DNA of 64,000 bases from the NCBI RefSeq assembly GCF_044704955.1, contig NC_092002.1, positions 4,836,001-4,900,000 on the forward strand. The letters run 5' to 3'. The notes under the pieces were generated by a model that was given only the letters and a program-made list of their open reading frames with translations, did not search any database and had not been told where the DNA came from. The stretch's first letter is position 1. Every line of letters begins with the position of its first letter. Both the position numbers and the translations under genes were made by a program. The DNA comes from Pristiophorus japonicus. Lineage: Eukaryota. Positions 10,516 through 22,409 of this stretch are shown here, piece after piece.

Positions 10516-12237
10516 ATCCAAGCAATTTGTTTGTTCTGGTGGAGTTTGGGACATCCCTGAGGATGTGAAAGCGCTTCATAAATGTAACTTTTTCTCTGGT
10601 CCCTCGTCTATGATCATTGAGTATAGCCAGTGGGTGGGAACTGATTCCCCTGCTGTCAGGACTAAGCCCACACTCGCCCACTGTTTCCCACGACTAATTT
10701 GTCTCCTCCAATGCAGGGAGGACGAAGCGACAACCCGCAACTGTTGCTGAAATATAAAGATATCCAACCTGAATTAAGCTGTTCCTCCCACATAGCTCTG
10801 AGCAGATTCCTGGCGTGTTGAAATACTTTCTACTCACTCTCAAGTGACAGTAAATTCCCTTATTCAGACAGACTCTACAGCTGGAGTACTGCGTGCAGTT
10901 CTGGTCACATTCCAGGAAGGATACGATTTGCACGAGAGAGGGTACAAGGATTTACGAGGATGTTGCCTGGACTGGAGAATTTTAGCTACGAGGAAAGATT
11001 GGACAGGGCTGGGTTTGTTTTCTTTGGAACAGAGGAGGCTGAACCAATAACCAGGGGGCATAGATTTACAAGTAGTTGATGGAAGGATTAGAGGGGAGAT
11101 GAGGAAAATAAATTTCACCCAGAGGGCGGTGGGGGGTCTGGAACTCGCTGCCTGGAAGGGTGGTAGAGGCAGTAACCCTGACCGCTCCGTGGTTAGCACT
11201 CTGTGCCAGCGCACAACCGGTAATGTCATCACCGTGTGCGCCGACCACCCTACTGCCCCGCGGGAGAAATTGCCCCGTGAGTCGGGGCACCCCTTAACGG
11301 GGAGGCTTTTAGCGCCCCGGGCCGCCATCTTTGATTTGCCAGCCAGCAGCCCGACGCGGCCCAGTCAATCGCGTCCCTGGTGGCCCAATGGCGGACTCCT
11401 GCAGAGTGCACAGCGGCCCTCCCCTGTAACTGAGGGGGAGACAGCGCTCCGCTTCCTTTGAGGGGCACACGGCCCAATTCTGTATTGGGGGTGGGCCTTC
11501 CAGGCCTGGCCCCGAAGGTTACTGCCCCCGATCGGGGCGGAGGGCAATTTCCAGCCCATAAGGTATCCCCAGGCTGCTCTCTCCCGATCGCTATCCAGAG
11601 TCTGCTGCTGGGGCGATCCCACGCGTGCGGGGACCACACAGTCGAATCACGGGCTGACACTCGCACCGCGCGCGGCTCACACGTAGAGAATGGCCACTTG
11701 GGGGAGGTTCCAGGAATGATTTGCCCATGTGGAGCGTTAACTTAGCGAGAGTTAGGAGAGGAAGCGAGGGGAAATGAAAAGGGAAAATAAACCTCAGTAA
11801 ATCATACAATGATTGCGTTTCAGTAACAACTTGCATTTATATAGCGCCTGTGCCTTTAATGTAGTAAGATGCCCCAGGAGCAATCAAACAATATCTGACA
11901 CAGAGTCACATAAGGATATTAAGACACGCGATGAAAAGCTTGGTCAAAGAGGTAGATTTTAAGGAGCGTCTTAAAGGAGGACGGAGGGGTTTAGGGAGGG
12001 AATTCCAGAGCTTGGGGCCCAGGCAGCTGAAGGCACGGCCACTAATGGTGGAGCGATGGGAATCGGCGCTGCGCAAGAGGCCAGAATTGGCGATGTGCTT
12101 GAAACAATACTTTAGGTTATGAAAAAGCAAGGCTGCCGTTTCAGAGGAGCAGAAGGAAGGTGTCTGCTCCTGTGCATGAAACGGCTTCTTGACTCGTCAA
12201 TTAAATCTGATGCTGCAACGCAAGCAATTTCAGTCAT

Positions 12238-12243
12238 TTTATT
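12238..12243 (-). terminator. Putative EIF3K polyadenylation signal AATAAA
   Basis: AATAAA about 80 nt downstream of the stop codon on the - strand. Confidence 0.65.
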
Positions 12244-12321
12244 GTCAATAAAGAATTACAGGAAGAGCGTTTTGGTCAGACAACATAAAAAAAAGGCCTG
12301 GGAGTTCGCCATAGCGGGAGC

Positions 12322-12353
12322 TCACTGCGAAGACGCCATGATGCTAGCCACAC
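12322..12353 (-). CDS. EIF3K: eIF3k exon 8 coding part (SVASIMASSQ*)
   Basis: 32 nt, tttccag/ acceptor, TGA stop; the eight exons sum to 657 nt = 218 aa + stop. Confidence 0.95.
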
Positions 12354-12587
12354 CTGGAAACGAAAGACAAACACTCGTCAGCACCACAATCTCTTTCAAT
12401 ATGCAAACATTGTATCGCCCGTCTTTACTTAGGGCGAGACTCAAAGTAATTTACAATTTAACTGTGTATTTCTAAAAATAAAACTGCAGAGTGTGACACC
12501 CAGGACTGAGCGAAATATTCTGTATAAGTCGGTTTGATCAGCAGAATAATAATTAGTAGATCTTAGCCAGACCAGTAGTGGGGGCAC

Positions 12588-13335
12588 TACAACTACCTTG
12601 CATTTATATAGCGCCTTTAACGGCCAGAATAGAGGAGCACAGACATCTTGGAGGGTAGTAGGGCTGGAGGAGGTCACAGAGATAGGGAGGGGCGAGGACA
12701 TGGAGATTTTGAAAACAAGGATGAGAATTTTGAAATCGAGGTGTTGCTGGACCGGGAGCCAATGTAGGTCAGCGTGCACGGGGGGTGATGGGTGAGCGGG
12801 ACTCGGTGCGAGTTAGGACACGGGGTCAGTGAGCACAGGGGGGTGATGGGTGAGCGGGACTTGGTGCGAGTTAGGACACGGGGCAGCGAGCACAGGGGGT
12901 GATGGGTGAGTGGGACTGGGTGCGAGTTAGGACACGGGGCAGTGAGCACCGGGGGTGATGGGTGAGCGGGACTCGGTGCGAGTTAGGACACGGGGCAGCG
13001 AGCACAGAGGGTGATGGGTGAGCAGGACTCGGTGCGAGTTAGGACACGGGGCAGCGAGCACAGAGGGTGATGGGTGAGCGGGACTCGGTGCGAGTTAGGA
13101 CACGGGGCAGCAGAGTTTTGGATCACCTCAAGTTTACGTAGGGTAGAATGTGGGAGGCAGGCCAGGAGTGCGTGGAATAGTCGAGTCTAGAGTGCGTGGA
13201 TGAGGGTTTCAGCGACAAATGAGCTGAGGCAGGGGTGGGGTCGGGCGATGTTACGGAGGTGGAAATAGGCAGTCGTAGTGATGGTCCGGATATGGGGTCG
13301 CAAGTTCATCTCGGGGTCAAACATGACACCAGGTG
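12588..13335 (-). mobile_element. L2-clade LINE fragment containing a ~56-bp x ~6 tandem repeat (12770-13110)
   Basis: Repeated gagcacagggggtgatgggtgagcgggactcggtgcgagttaggacacggggcagc within L2 sequence. Confidence 0.82.
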
Positions 13336-13553
13336 AGGTCGGGATCAGGCAGAGCCGTGATGCCCCCCACGACCCAATAGGCTGCTGGTGTTCACTGTCC
13401 AGGCTCACATCAGAACAGTGGGCAAGCGGGTAATGGGCCATTAAGAGCCCGAACCCTAGTGAGTCACCATCAGATCTTTTATTAGTGCAAGAAACAGTGT
13501 CACCGTCTAACTGCCGTCCCTAGTGAGAAGCTGCTCCAAAATATGAAACTCAC

Positions 13554-13679
13554 TGTCAAAATCTATCTTTTCCACAATGTTTTTGGGCTTGATGCTTTCT
13601 TCCTGGTTGCAGATGAAGATTTTGTCTGGTTCTGACTCAGTCCAGCCGTACTTGCTCATCCAAACCTGCAACTGCATAT
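13554..13679 (-). CDS. EIF3K: eIF3k exon 7 (DMQLQVWMSKYGWTESEPDKIFICNQEESIKPKNIVEKIDFD)
   Basis: 126 nt, ttttcag/ and /gtgagt. Confidence 0.97.
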
Positions 13680-13969
13680 CTGAAAAATAAACGTGTCACC
13701 ACATTATTGAGAGTTGAGAGACACTGCAGACCATTCACTTAAAAAAAAGCACTTCCCCAGGAAAACTGAGCCCACCCATCCACTCTCAGGGATTGTGTGG
13801 AATAACGGAGCACCACGGTTGTGTTGTGGGTTCACAACCCGGAGCTACCTCTGGCTCCCAACCATGACCCCCCCCCCCCCCATGGGGAGGAGCTGAATGA
13901 AGGTCAGCTACACCTCTGGGCATTCCCCAGCATGTCTGCTGACCAGTTTCAGAACAAGCAGCTCACCCT

Positions 13970-14699
13970 CTGAAAGATGGCACCTCCGTCGGTGTGGCAC
14001 TCCCTCAGTACTGTCCCTCTGACAGTGCGGTGCTCCCTCAGTACTGTCCCTCCGACAGTGCGGTGCTCCCTCAGTACTGTCCCTCCGACAGTGCGGCGCT
14101 CCCTCAGTACTGTCCCTCCGACAGTGCGGTGCTCCCTCAGTACTGCCCCTTCGACAGTGCGGCGCTCCCTCAGTACTGCCCCTCCGACAGTGCGGTGCTC
14201 CCTCAGTACTGCCCCTCCGACAGTGCGGCGCTCCCACAGTACTGCCCCTCCGACAGTGCGGCGCTCCCTCAGTACTGCCCCTCCGACAGTGCGGCACTCT
14301 CTCAGCACTGCCCCTCCGACAGTGCGGCGCTCCCACAGTACTGCCCCTCCGACAGTGCGGCACTCCCACAGTACTGCCCCTCCGACAGTGCGGCGCTCCC
14401 TCAGTACTGCCCCTCCGACAGTGCGGCGCTCCCTCAATACTGCCCCTCCGACAGTGCGGCGCTCCCACAGTACTGCCCCTCCGACAGTGCGGCACTCCCT
14501 CAGCACTGCCCCTCCGACAGTGCGGCACTCCCACAGTACTGCCCCTCCGACAGTGCGGCACTCCCTCAGTACTGCCCCTCAAGCACTCCCTCAGCACTGC
14601 ACGGATTGTCAGCCTGGATTTTTGTGCTCAAGTCTCTGGAGTGGGACTTGAAGCCTTAATCTGCTGACTTAAGAGGTGAGAGTGAGTCACGGCTGACAC
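13970..14699 (-). repeat. 33-bp minisatellite (~18 units) plus SINE head, in EIF3K intron 6
   Basis: Same unit and head. Confidence 0.9.
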
Positions 14700-15343
14700 G
14701 AGACATTGGCTAAATCCACCACCGTTAATCTCACATCTGTCCTCAGTTAGTTGATCTCTGATTGGGCAAGAATTTAAATGCCGACCACAATAGCCTTGGA
14801 CTGGGGACAAAATATACACAAGGTTCAATAAGCATTTCCATTCCTGATTGCTATGCAGAGCGAGGAGACGATCGTGTTCAGCCCTATTGAGATCCCAACC
14901 CCACCACAAAACGGAATAGTGTTAAAAAATTCATTGGGGGAATGTTGCTGTGCTGGAAAGGCCAGGATTTATTTCCCATCCCTCGCTGCCCCGGGAAAGT
15001 TTGATGCTACCGAGCGGCTTCTGAGGGCAGTTAAGAATTAATCGTTGCTGTGGGTCTGGAATCACATATCAGATAAGGGCGGCAGATTTCCTTCACTGAA
15101 GGGCATTTATGAACCAGTTGGGCTTTTTACGACAATCCGACAGCTTCATGGTCACTTCTACTGAGACCAGCTTTTACAAAAAGTGAATGTAAATTCTTAA
15201 ACTGCCCTAGTGAGATTGGAACTCGCATTCTCTGGATTACGGGTCCACTACACTGCCGTACTCTGGTATACTCTCCTCTGATATTCAGTGGACTCACAGG
15301 AAGGAGGAGAAAACACACCCTATTCATTACAAACAGACTGGTA

Positions 15344-15642
15344 CAGATTGAACCTCCCTTATCCCGAACCCTGGGGACCTGGCCTGTTCTGGATAAGGGA
15401 TTTTTCCGGACGAGGGGTGGTCACGTTAAATTGGACGGTACAGTTACTGAGCAAGGGGATATTGGGGCTGGCTGGCTTGAGGCTGGAAGTGCGACAGAGA
15501 GATAGTGGGGGGGGGGGGCGGTGGATCGCGGGGTCAGGCCAGCGATTGCGGGAGCCGGCAGCGAGGAAGGACTTCCATTTGTTCATGTCGGAGTTCTGCG
15601 CATGCGCCACCTGGTGGCCGGGAATGGTTCTGGATAAGGGAG
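15344..15642. mobile_element. Tigger/pogo-like MITE
   Basis: TA|CAG start; inverted ctcccttatcccgaacc / ggttctggataagggag; right end truncated. Confidence 0.6.
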
Positions 15643-16053
15643 TACCATTAAACTGGCTCAGTCTCACTTTAAGTACAAGCAGTTTGTTAGCCTGCATTTG
15701 AAGTTATATTTTTGCAGGGAGTCAGTGTTTCATGAGGCACAGTGGTTTGGCAAAAGTGCCGTCAACACACTATGTTGAATGTGGAGCTGTGAGGGGTGCA
15801 TCATGTGATGAAGGATATGGACAGGAAAGATATCACCTTTAACTACCACAGTTGACGGTTTATTTATACACGAAAGCCCAGATCATTCACATGGACTGTT
15901 CTACATGTTGCAATAGGATATCCTCAATGGCTCAACAGAAACTACAGTACCAAGGCTGTTTACAGGGGAACACAAGGGCAAATTTTAATTGAGGCCAGGT
16001 TTCAAACTTTGGAGAATTTAACTGTCTGCTATTGCAGCTGGCAACACACCCCT

Positions 16054-16536
16054 TGCCAGGGGCGCGCCTGGGGGGGGGGCACAGTGCCAGGGGCGCGCCG
16101 GGGGGGGGCACAGTGCCGGGGGCACAGCGCAGGGGCGCGCCGGGGGGGGCACAGAGTCAGGGGCGCGCCGGGGGGGGGGGGGGCACAGTGCCAGGGGCGC
16201 GCCGGGGGGGGGGCACAGAGTCAGGGGCGCGCCGGGGGGGGGGGGCACAGTGCCGGGGGCACAGCGCAGGGGCGCGCCAGGGGGGGCACAGAGTCAGGGG
16301 CGTGCCGGGGGGGGAGGGGGGGGGCACAGTGCCGGGGGCACAGCGCAGGGGCGCGCCAGGGGGGGGGGCACAGTGCCAGGGGCGCGCCGGGGGGGGGGCA
16401 CAGTGCCGGGGGCACATCGCAGGGGGCACAGCGCAGGGGCGCGCCAGGGGGCGCACAGTGCCAAGGGTGCGCCTGGGGGGGGCACAGAGTCAGGGGCGCG
16501 CCTGGGGGGGGGGGGGGGGGGAGCACAGCGTCAGGG
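16054..16536 (+). repeat. G-rich tandem repeat (Gn-CACAG(T/A)G(C/T)CAGGGGCGCGCC)
   Basis: Repeated GGGGCGCGCC and long G-runs. Confidence 0.9.
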
Positions 16537-16857
16537 TCACACCCCCCAAGCAGCCACTCCACACGTGAGTGCGAGTGGGCCATTCAATCAAAAAGCTACG
16601 ACATGCGTTTTTATCGCACGTGAATCATCTCACGGCGCTTTACAGAAAAACACGAGGAACGGTTGCTAAAACAGGAGAGCGTGCGAGTTAGGAAAGGTGA
16701 CTGAAGGCTCGGTTGAAAAGATGGGTTTTGAGAAGGTTTTTAAAAGGTCACGGAAGCAGTGGTTTCAGGAGGGGGAGATAAGGTGGTCCAGCCCTCTCCG
16801 GCCATCCTGAGATCCACTAATCCAGGAAAGATGGAATCAAAGCGGGGACATTCTCAT

Positions 16858-17252
16858 TTGTATGCCTTAGTCACTGGAGTTTAGAAGGATGAGAGGGGAT
16901 CTCATAGAAACTTACAAGATTCTGACAGGACTGGACAGGTTAGATGCGGGACGAATGTTCCCGATGATGGGGACACAGTCTTAGGATAAGGGATAGGACC
17001 GAGATGAGGAGAAACTTCTTCACTCAGAGTTGTTAACCTGTGGAATTCCCTACCATAGAGAGTTGTTGATGCCAGTTCATTGGATATATTCAAGAGGGTG
17101 TTAGATAAGGCCCTTACGGCTAAAGGGATCAAGGGGTATGGAGAGAAAGCAGGAAGGGGTACTGAAGGAATGATCAGTCATGATCTCATTGAATGGTGGT
17201 GCAGGCTCGAAGAGCCGAATGGCCTACTCCTGCACCTATTTTCTATGTTTCT
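16858..17252 (+). mobile_element. CR1 3' fragment (others at ~4683-5125, 5500-5885, 20969-21273, 29590-30695, 33057-33446, 50860-51147, 56505-56860)
   Basis: Shared CR1 3' sequence and tail. Confidence 0.78.
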
Positions 17253-17694
17253 AATCACATGCTGCCTTTAGCAACTAATCCAAGGGGAGCTCCACAATTC
17301 CGTATCAATGAAAACTGGGCGAAATTGAAAAGAATATAAGATCTGACGAGATCAGATCAGCCACTTAATAAGATCATGGCTGATCTGATCTTATCTTGGG
17401 CTCAGCTCCACTTCCCTGCCCACTCCCCATAACCCTGAATATAAACGAAGATTGGCTTAATCACGGGGAAGTGCTTCAGCAACGTTTTTAGAAACCGGTA
17501 GATCACGAGAGGAACAGAAGGTAAGTGAGATGTCCCACAGTTTTCAGTTCCTTGGAAATAAATGAACAGAGGACATGAGTCTGATTCCAACAGCCAGGGG
17601 AGCGGTGAGGAGGAAGGTCTTTTCCGATTGCCTGAACAATATGTCACATTTATACTTAAAAAATCTAATTTAGTTCCAAAAAGGTTTAAAAAGA

Positions 17695-18020
17695 AAGAAA
17701 AACTTGCATTTATATAGCACCTTTCACAACCACGGGACATCTCAAAGCGCTTTTTACAGCCAATGAAGTACTTTTGAAGCGTAGTCACTGTTGTAATGTG
17801 GTAAACGTGGCAGCCAATTTGTGCACAGCAAGCTCCCACACACAGCAATGTGATAATGACCAGATCATCTGTTTTTAGTGATGTTGATTGAGGGATAAAT
17901 ATTGGCCCCAGGACATCGGGGAGAACTCCCCTGCTCTTCTTCGAAATAGTGCTGTGGGATCTTTTACATCCACCTGAGAGAGCAGACGGGGCCTCGGTTT
18001 AACGTCTCTTCTGAAAGACG
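17695..18020 (-). mobile_element. DeuSINE-like 3' portion (further fragments at ~48160-48465, 57320-57690, 62545-63195)
   Basis: Same body and tail sequence. Confidence 0.75.
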
Positions 18021-18134
18021 TGACTTATCTGCTGGGAGCTTTATAATTGCCCCTCAGTGCAAATCAGCCTCGTGCAACAGTCCAGGGTCGTCACCCCCTT
18101 TCCCCACCAACAGCCAGTCGACATTAACCCTTAC

Positions 18135-18212
18135 CTGTCAGGTCTCCTAACATTTCAGCCAGCAGCCATTTCTCAATCGTCTGATAAGTGATTCCAACGA
18201 CATGACAGATAA
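18135..18212 (-). CDS. EIF3K: eIF3k exon 6 (FICHVVGITYQTIEKWLLAEMLGDLT)
   Basis: 78 nt, cag/ and /gtaagg. Confidence 0.96.
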
Positions 18213-18424
18213 CTGTGGGGAGAATTGTAACAAGTTAGGACCCATCTCAGATATCCCAGAGACAACTTGTTCCACCTCAGACTGCTGGCCGCGCCTATAA
18301 GGGAAGCACAGAGTGACAAAGGACATGCTGGCAATTCAGCCAAACAGGAGTGTTTGTTTGCTTCATGTATCTATTTTATGCAAAACCCATCGTACGCTGC
18401 GTGACAACAAACAGCATCCACCCA

Positions 18425-18901
18425 AAAAGACTTGCATTTCTATAGCGCCTTTCACGACCACTTGACATCTCAAAGCGCTTTACAGCCAACGAAGGACTTT
18501 TTAAAATAAAAAGTGTGGTCACTGTTGTAATGTAGGAAAGGCAGCAGCCAATTTGCGCACAGCAAGCTCCCACAAACACCAATGTCACAACGACCAGATA
18601 ATCTGTTTTGTTGTGTTGATAGAGGGATAAATATTAGCCCAGCCAGGACACCGGGGATAACTCCCCTGCTCTTCTTCGAAATAATGCCGTGGGATTTTTT
18701 TTACATCCATCCGAGGGGACAGACGGGGCCTCGGTTTAACGCCTCATCTGAAAGATGGCACCTCCGACAGTGCGGCGCTCCCTCAGTACTGCACTGGGAG
18801 TGTCAGCCTAGATTTTTGCGCTCATGTCCCTGGAGTGGGACTTGAACCCACAACCTTCTGACTCCGAGGCGAGAGTGCTGCCCACTGAGCCACAGCTGAC
18901 A
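18425..18901 (-). mobile_element. DeuSINE-like element, unexpanded single-unit form
   Basis: Complete head-body-tail with one copy of the 33-bp unit. Confidence 0.85.
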
Positions 18902-19249
18902 GTGTGATGTGACCAAAGACGCAACCTTCTTTTTAGGACTCCCGCAAGTGATGCAAACACAGCCCAGATATCTGCTCCTCAGGTGGGAAGTTCGCACTGG
19001 GCTATTGGTGTTCCCGAGAAAGGGTAATTACAACTCCGCCCCCCCCATCCTTCTCGGGTTGATTCTGGCAAGGCCTCAGTTATCGCCCATCTCTAGTTAC
19101 CGCGAAGGTGGTGGTGGAACGACTATTTGAACCACTGGGTGATGGTTTGATCTGGGTAGCTTGCTGGGCCACTTCAGACTGTACTGAGTCAACCACGTAG
19201 AGTGGGACTGGAGTTCCTGGCTACAGGAGTGGTGCCAGAGCATTGGAGA

Positions 19250-20640
19250 ACTGCTAACGTTGTACCATTGTTCAAAAAGGGAGGAAGGGATAAACCGAGT
19301 AATTACAGGCCAGTTTAACCTCGGTGGTGGGAAAATTATTGGAATCAATTCTGAGGGACAGTATAAGCCTTCATTTGGAAAGACACAGATTAATCAAAGT
19401 CAGTCAGCATGGATTTATTAAGGGAAGGTTGTGTCTGACTAACTTGATTTAAGTTGTTTGAGGAGATAACAAGATGGGTCAATGAGGGCAGTGTGTTTGA
19501 TGTAGTCTACATGGATTGTAGCAAGGCTGTTGACAAGGTCCCACATGACAGGCTGATCAAAATAATAAAAGCCCCTGGGATCCAAGGGAGAGGGGCAAAT
19601 TGGATCCAAAATTGGCTCAGTGGCAGGTCCAAAGGGTAATGGTTGATGGGTGTTTTTGTGACTGGAAGGCTGTTTCCAGTACAGTTCCGCAGGGTCTGTC
19701 CCTTGTCTTTTGTAGTATATATTAATAATTTAGACTTAAATGTAGGGGGCCTGATAAAGAAGTTTGCAGACGATATAAAGATTAGCCGTGTGTTTGACAG
19801 TGAGGAGGAAAGCTCAAGTCTGCAGGAAGATATCGACGAACTGGTCAGGTGGGCAGAACAGTGGCAAATGGAATTCACTTCGGAGAAGTGTGAGGTAATG
19901 CATTTGGGGAGGGGCAACAAGGCAAAGGAACACACAATAAATGGAAGAACACTGAGGTGTGGAGGAACAGAGAGACCTTGGAGTGTATGTCCACAGATCC
20001 TTAAAGGTAGCAGGACAGGTCGATAAGCTGGTTAAAAAGGCTACGGAATGTTTGCCTTTATTAGCCGAGGCATAGAATACAAGAGCAGGGGGGGGGTTAT
20101 GCTAGGACTGTATACAACATTAGTTAGGCCACAGCTAGAGTATTGCGTGCAGTTCTGGTCACCGCATTACAGGAAAGATGTGATTGCACTGCAGAGGGTG
20201 CAGAGGAGATTTACGAAAATGTTGCCAGGACTGGAAAATTCTAGCTATGAGGAAAGATTGGATAGGCTGTGATTGATTTCTTTGGAACAGAGGAGGCTGA
20301 GGGAAGATTTAATTGAGGTGTATAAAATTATGAGAGGCCTAGACAGGGTATATAGGAAGGACCGATTTCCCTCAGGGTGCAATAAATTTTAAGTAATTAG
20401 TAGAAGATTTAGAGGGAATTTGAGGAGAATTGTTTCACCCAGAGGGTGTGGAGGGGGGGGTCTGGAACTCACTGCCTGAAAGGGTGGTAGATGCAGAAAC
20501 CCTCGCCACATTTAAAAAGTACATGGATGTGCACCTGAAGTGCCGTAACCTACAGGGCTACGGACCGAGAGCTGGAAAGTGGGATTAGGCTGGGTGGTTC
20601 TTGGTCGGCCGGCGCCGATACGATGGGCCGAATGGCCTCC
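19250..20640 (+). mobile_element. CR1-clade LINE, degenerate RT and C-terminal region
   Basis: NYRPV, DVVYMD.SKA.DKVPH, KFADD, RPQLEYCVQFWSP motifs with frameshifts. Confidence 0.9.
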
Positions 20641-20704
20641 TTCGGTTCCCTTCTCCATTTACAGGAAAATCTAAGCAGCTTTTGGATCACGACCCTGTAC
20701 TTAC

Positions 20705-20771
20705 ATTTTCGCACCGAATCTTCAAAGCTTGTGATCCCATCAATCAGCTCAGAGTTTTCCTCCAGATTGCG
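20705..20771 (-). CDS. EIF3K: eIF3k exon 5 (RNLEENSELIDGITSFEDSVRK)
   Basis: 67 nt, cag/ and /gtaagt. Confidence 0.96.
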
Positions 20772-21274
20772 CTGGACAGAGAAGTACATTGAAATCAAAA
20801 TACCGCACAACCAAGAGTATAACTCGCGTCCCACGGCAGAGTGTAGCAGGCTATCACACCACCCCCTTATACTGACCAAGTTAATCTCCCGAAACCCACT
20901 GTTCCAATCAGTCAGGCTGTGTGCGCTTCACTGGGGGAGGAAGGCTTTGATACAAATATATTAACAAAAGAACGTAAGAAATAGGAGCAGGAGTCGGCCA
21001 TTCGGCCCCTCAAGCCTGCTCCGCCACTTAATAAGATCATGGCTGATCTGATCATGGACTCAACTCCACTTCCCCGCCCACTCCCTATAACCCTCGACTC
21101 CCTTATCGTTCAAAAATCTGTATATCTCCACCTTAAATATATTTAATGACCCAGCCTCCACAGCTCTCTGGGGCAGAGAATTCCAGATTCACGACCCTGA
21201 GAGAAGAAATTTCTCCTCATCTCCCTTATAAATGGGTGACTCCTTATTCTGAGACTGTGCCCCCTAGTTCTAGA

Positions 21275-21848
21275 TCATCGTCATAGGCAGTCCCTCGGAA
21301 TCGAGGAAGACTTGCTTCCACTCTAAAAATGTGTCCTTAGGTGGCTGAACAGTCCAATACGAGAGCCACAGTCCCTGTCACAGGTGGGACAGATAGTCGT
21401 TGAGGATAAGGGAGGGTGGGACAGGTTTGCTACATGCTCTTTCCTTGATTTCTGCATGTTCTCAGCGATGAGACTCGAGGTGCTCAGCACCCTCCCGGAT
21501 GCACTTCCTCCACTTAGGGCGGTCTTTGGCCAGGGACTCTCAGGTGTCAGTGGGGATGTTGCACTTTATCAGGGAGGCTTTGAGGGTATCCATGTAACGT
21601 ATCTGCTGTCCACCTTTGGTTCGTTTGCTGTGAAGGAGTTCCAAGTAGAGCGCTTGCTTTGAGAGTCTCGTGTCAGGTATGCGAACAATGTGACCTGCCC
21701 AGCGGAGCTGATCAAGTGTAGTCAGTGCTTCGATGCTGGGGATGTTGGCCTGGTCGAGGACGCTAACGTTGGTGCGTCTGTCCTCCCAGGGGATTTGTAG
21801 GATCTTGTGGAGACATTGTTGGTGGTATTTCTCAAACGACTTGAGGTC
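21275..21848 (-). mobile_element. RTE-clade LINE fragment
   Basis: Similar to the other RTE copies. Confidence 0.78.
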
Positions 21849-22334
21849 ATTTTAACCAATAAGGGAATTAAGGGTTATAGGGAGCGGGCGGGTAAGTGGA
21901 GCTGAGTCCACGGCCAGATCAGCCATGATCTTGTTGAATGGCGGAGCAGGCTCGAGGGGCTAGATGGTCTCCTCCTGTTCCTAATTCTTATGGTCTTATG
22001 TGTCTACTGTACATGGTCCATGTCACTGAGCCATACAGGAGGGTGGGTATTACTACAACCCAAGGAGAACCGGCATGCAGGGGAACCGGCAGTCACAAAA
22101 GCCCTGCCGTACCACGGTGCAGCGCGGTGAAGCCCGTTAATGCTGCAGCACTGTGCCCCCCCCACAACCCCCCCATGCACGAGGCCAAACTAAGCAGAAT
22201 GCAACGTGTAAATCGCGCATTAACTCGCCACAGGTCCGCGGGATTCTTGTGCCTTGTGCACTCAGCAGTAAGGTGCATTTACGCGTACGCCTCTAACACG
22301 ACAACAACAACACGGCCCAAGGCGCTCCACTCAC

Positions 22335-22409
22335 CCAGAAATCCTGGAAGTGGCAGGTTTCCAGCAGGTCGCCGAGATTCAGGATCTGTTGGATCGGCCG
22401 CTCCTCCTG
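22335..22409 (-). CDS. EIF3K: eIF3k exon 4 (QEERPIQQILNLGDLLETCHFQDFW)
   Basis: 75 nt, U12 acceptor and /gtgagt donor. Confidence 0.96.

Noticed and set aside
16009-16669. Gly-rich and Pro-rich ORFs
   Set aside because: Translations of the G-rich tandem repeat
19250-20640. Reverse-transcriptase ORFs as active or domesticated genes (also 23484-23954, 37085-37525, 37764-38408)
   Set aside because: Truncated, frameshifted LINE remnants
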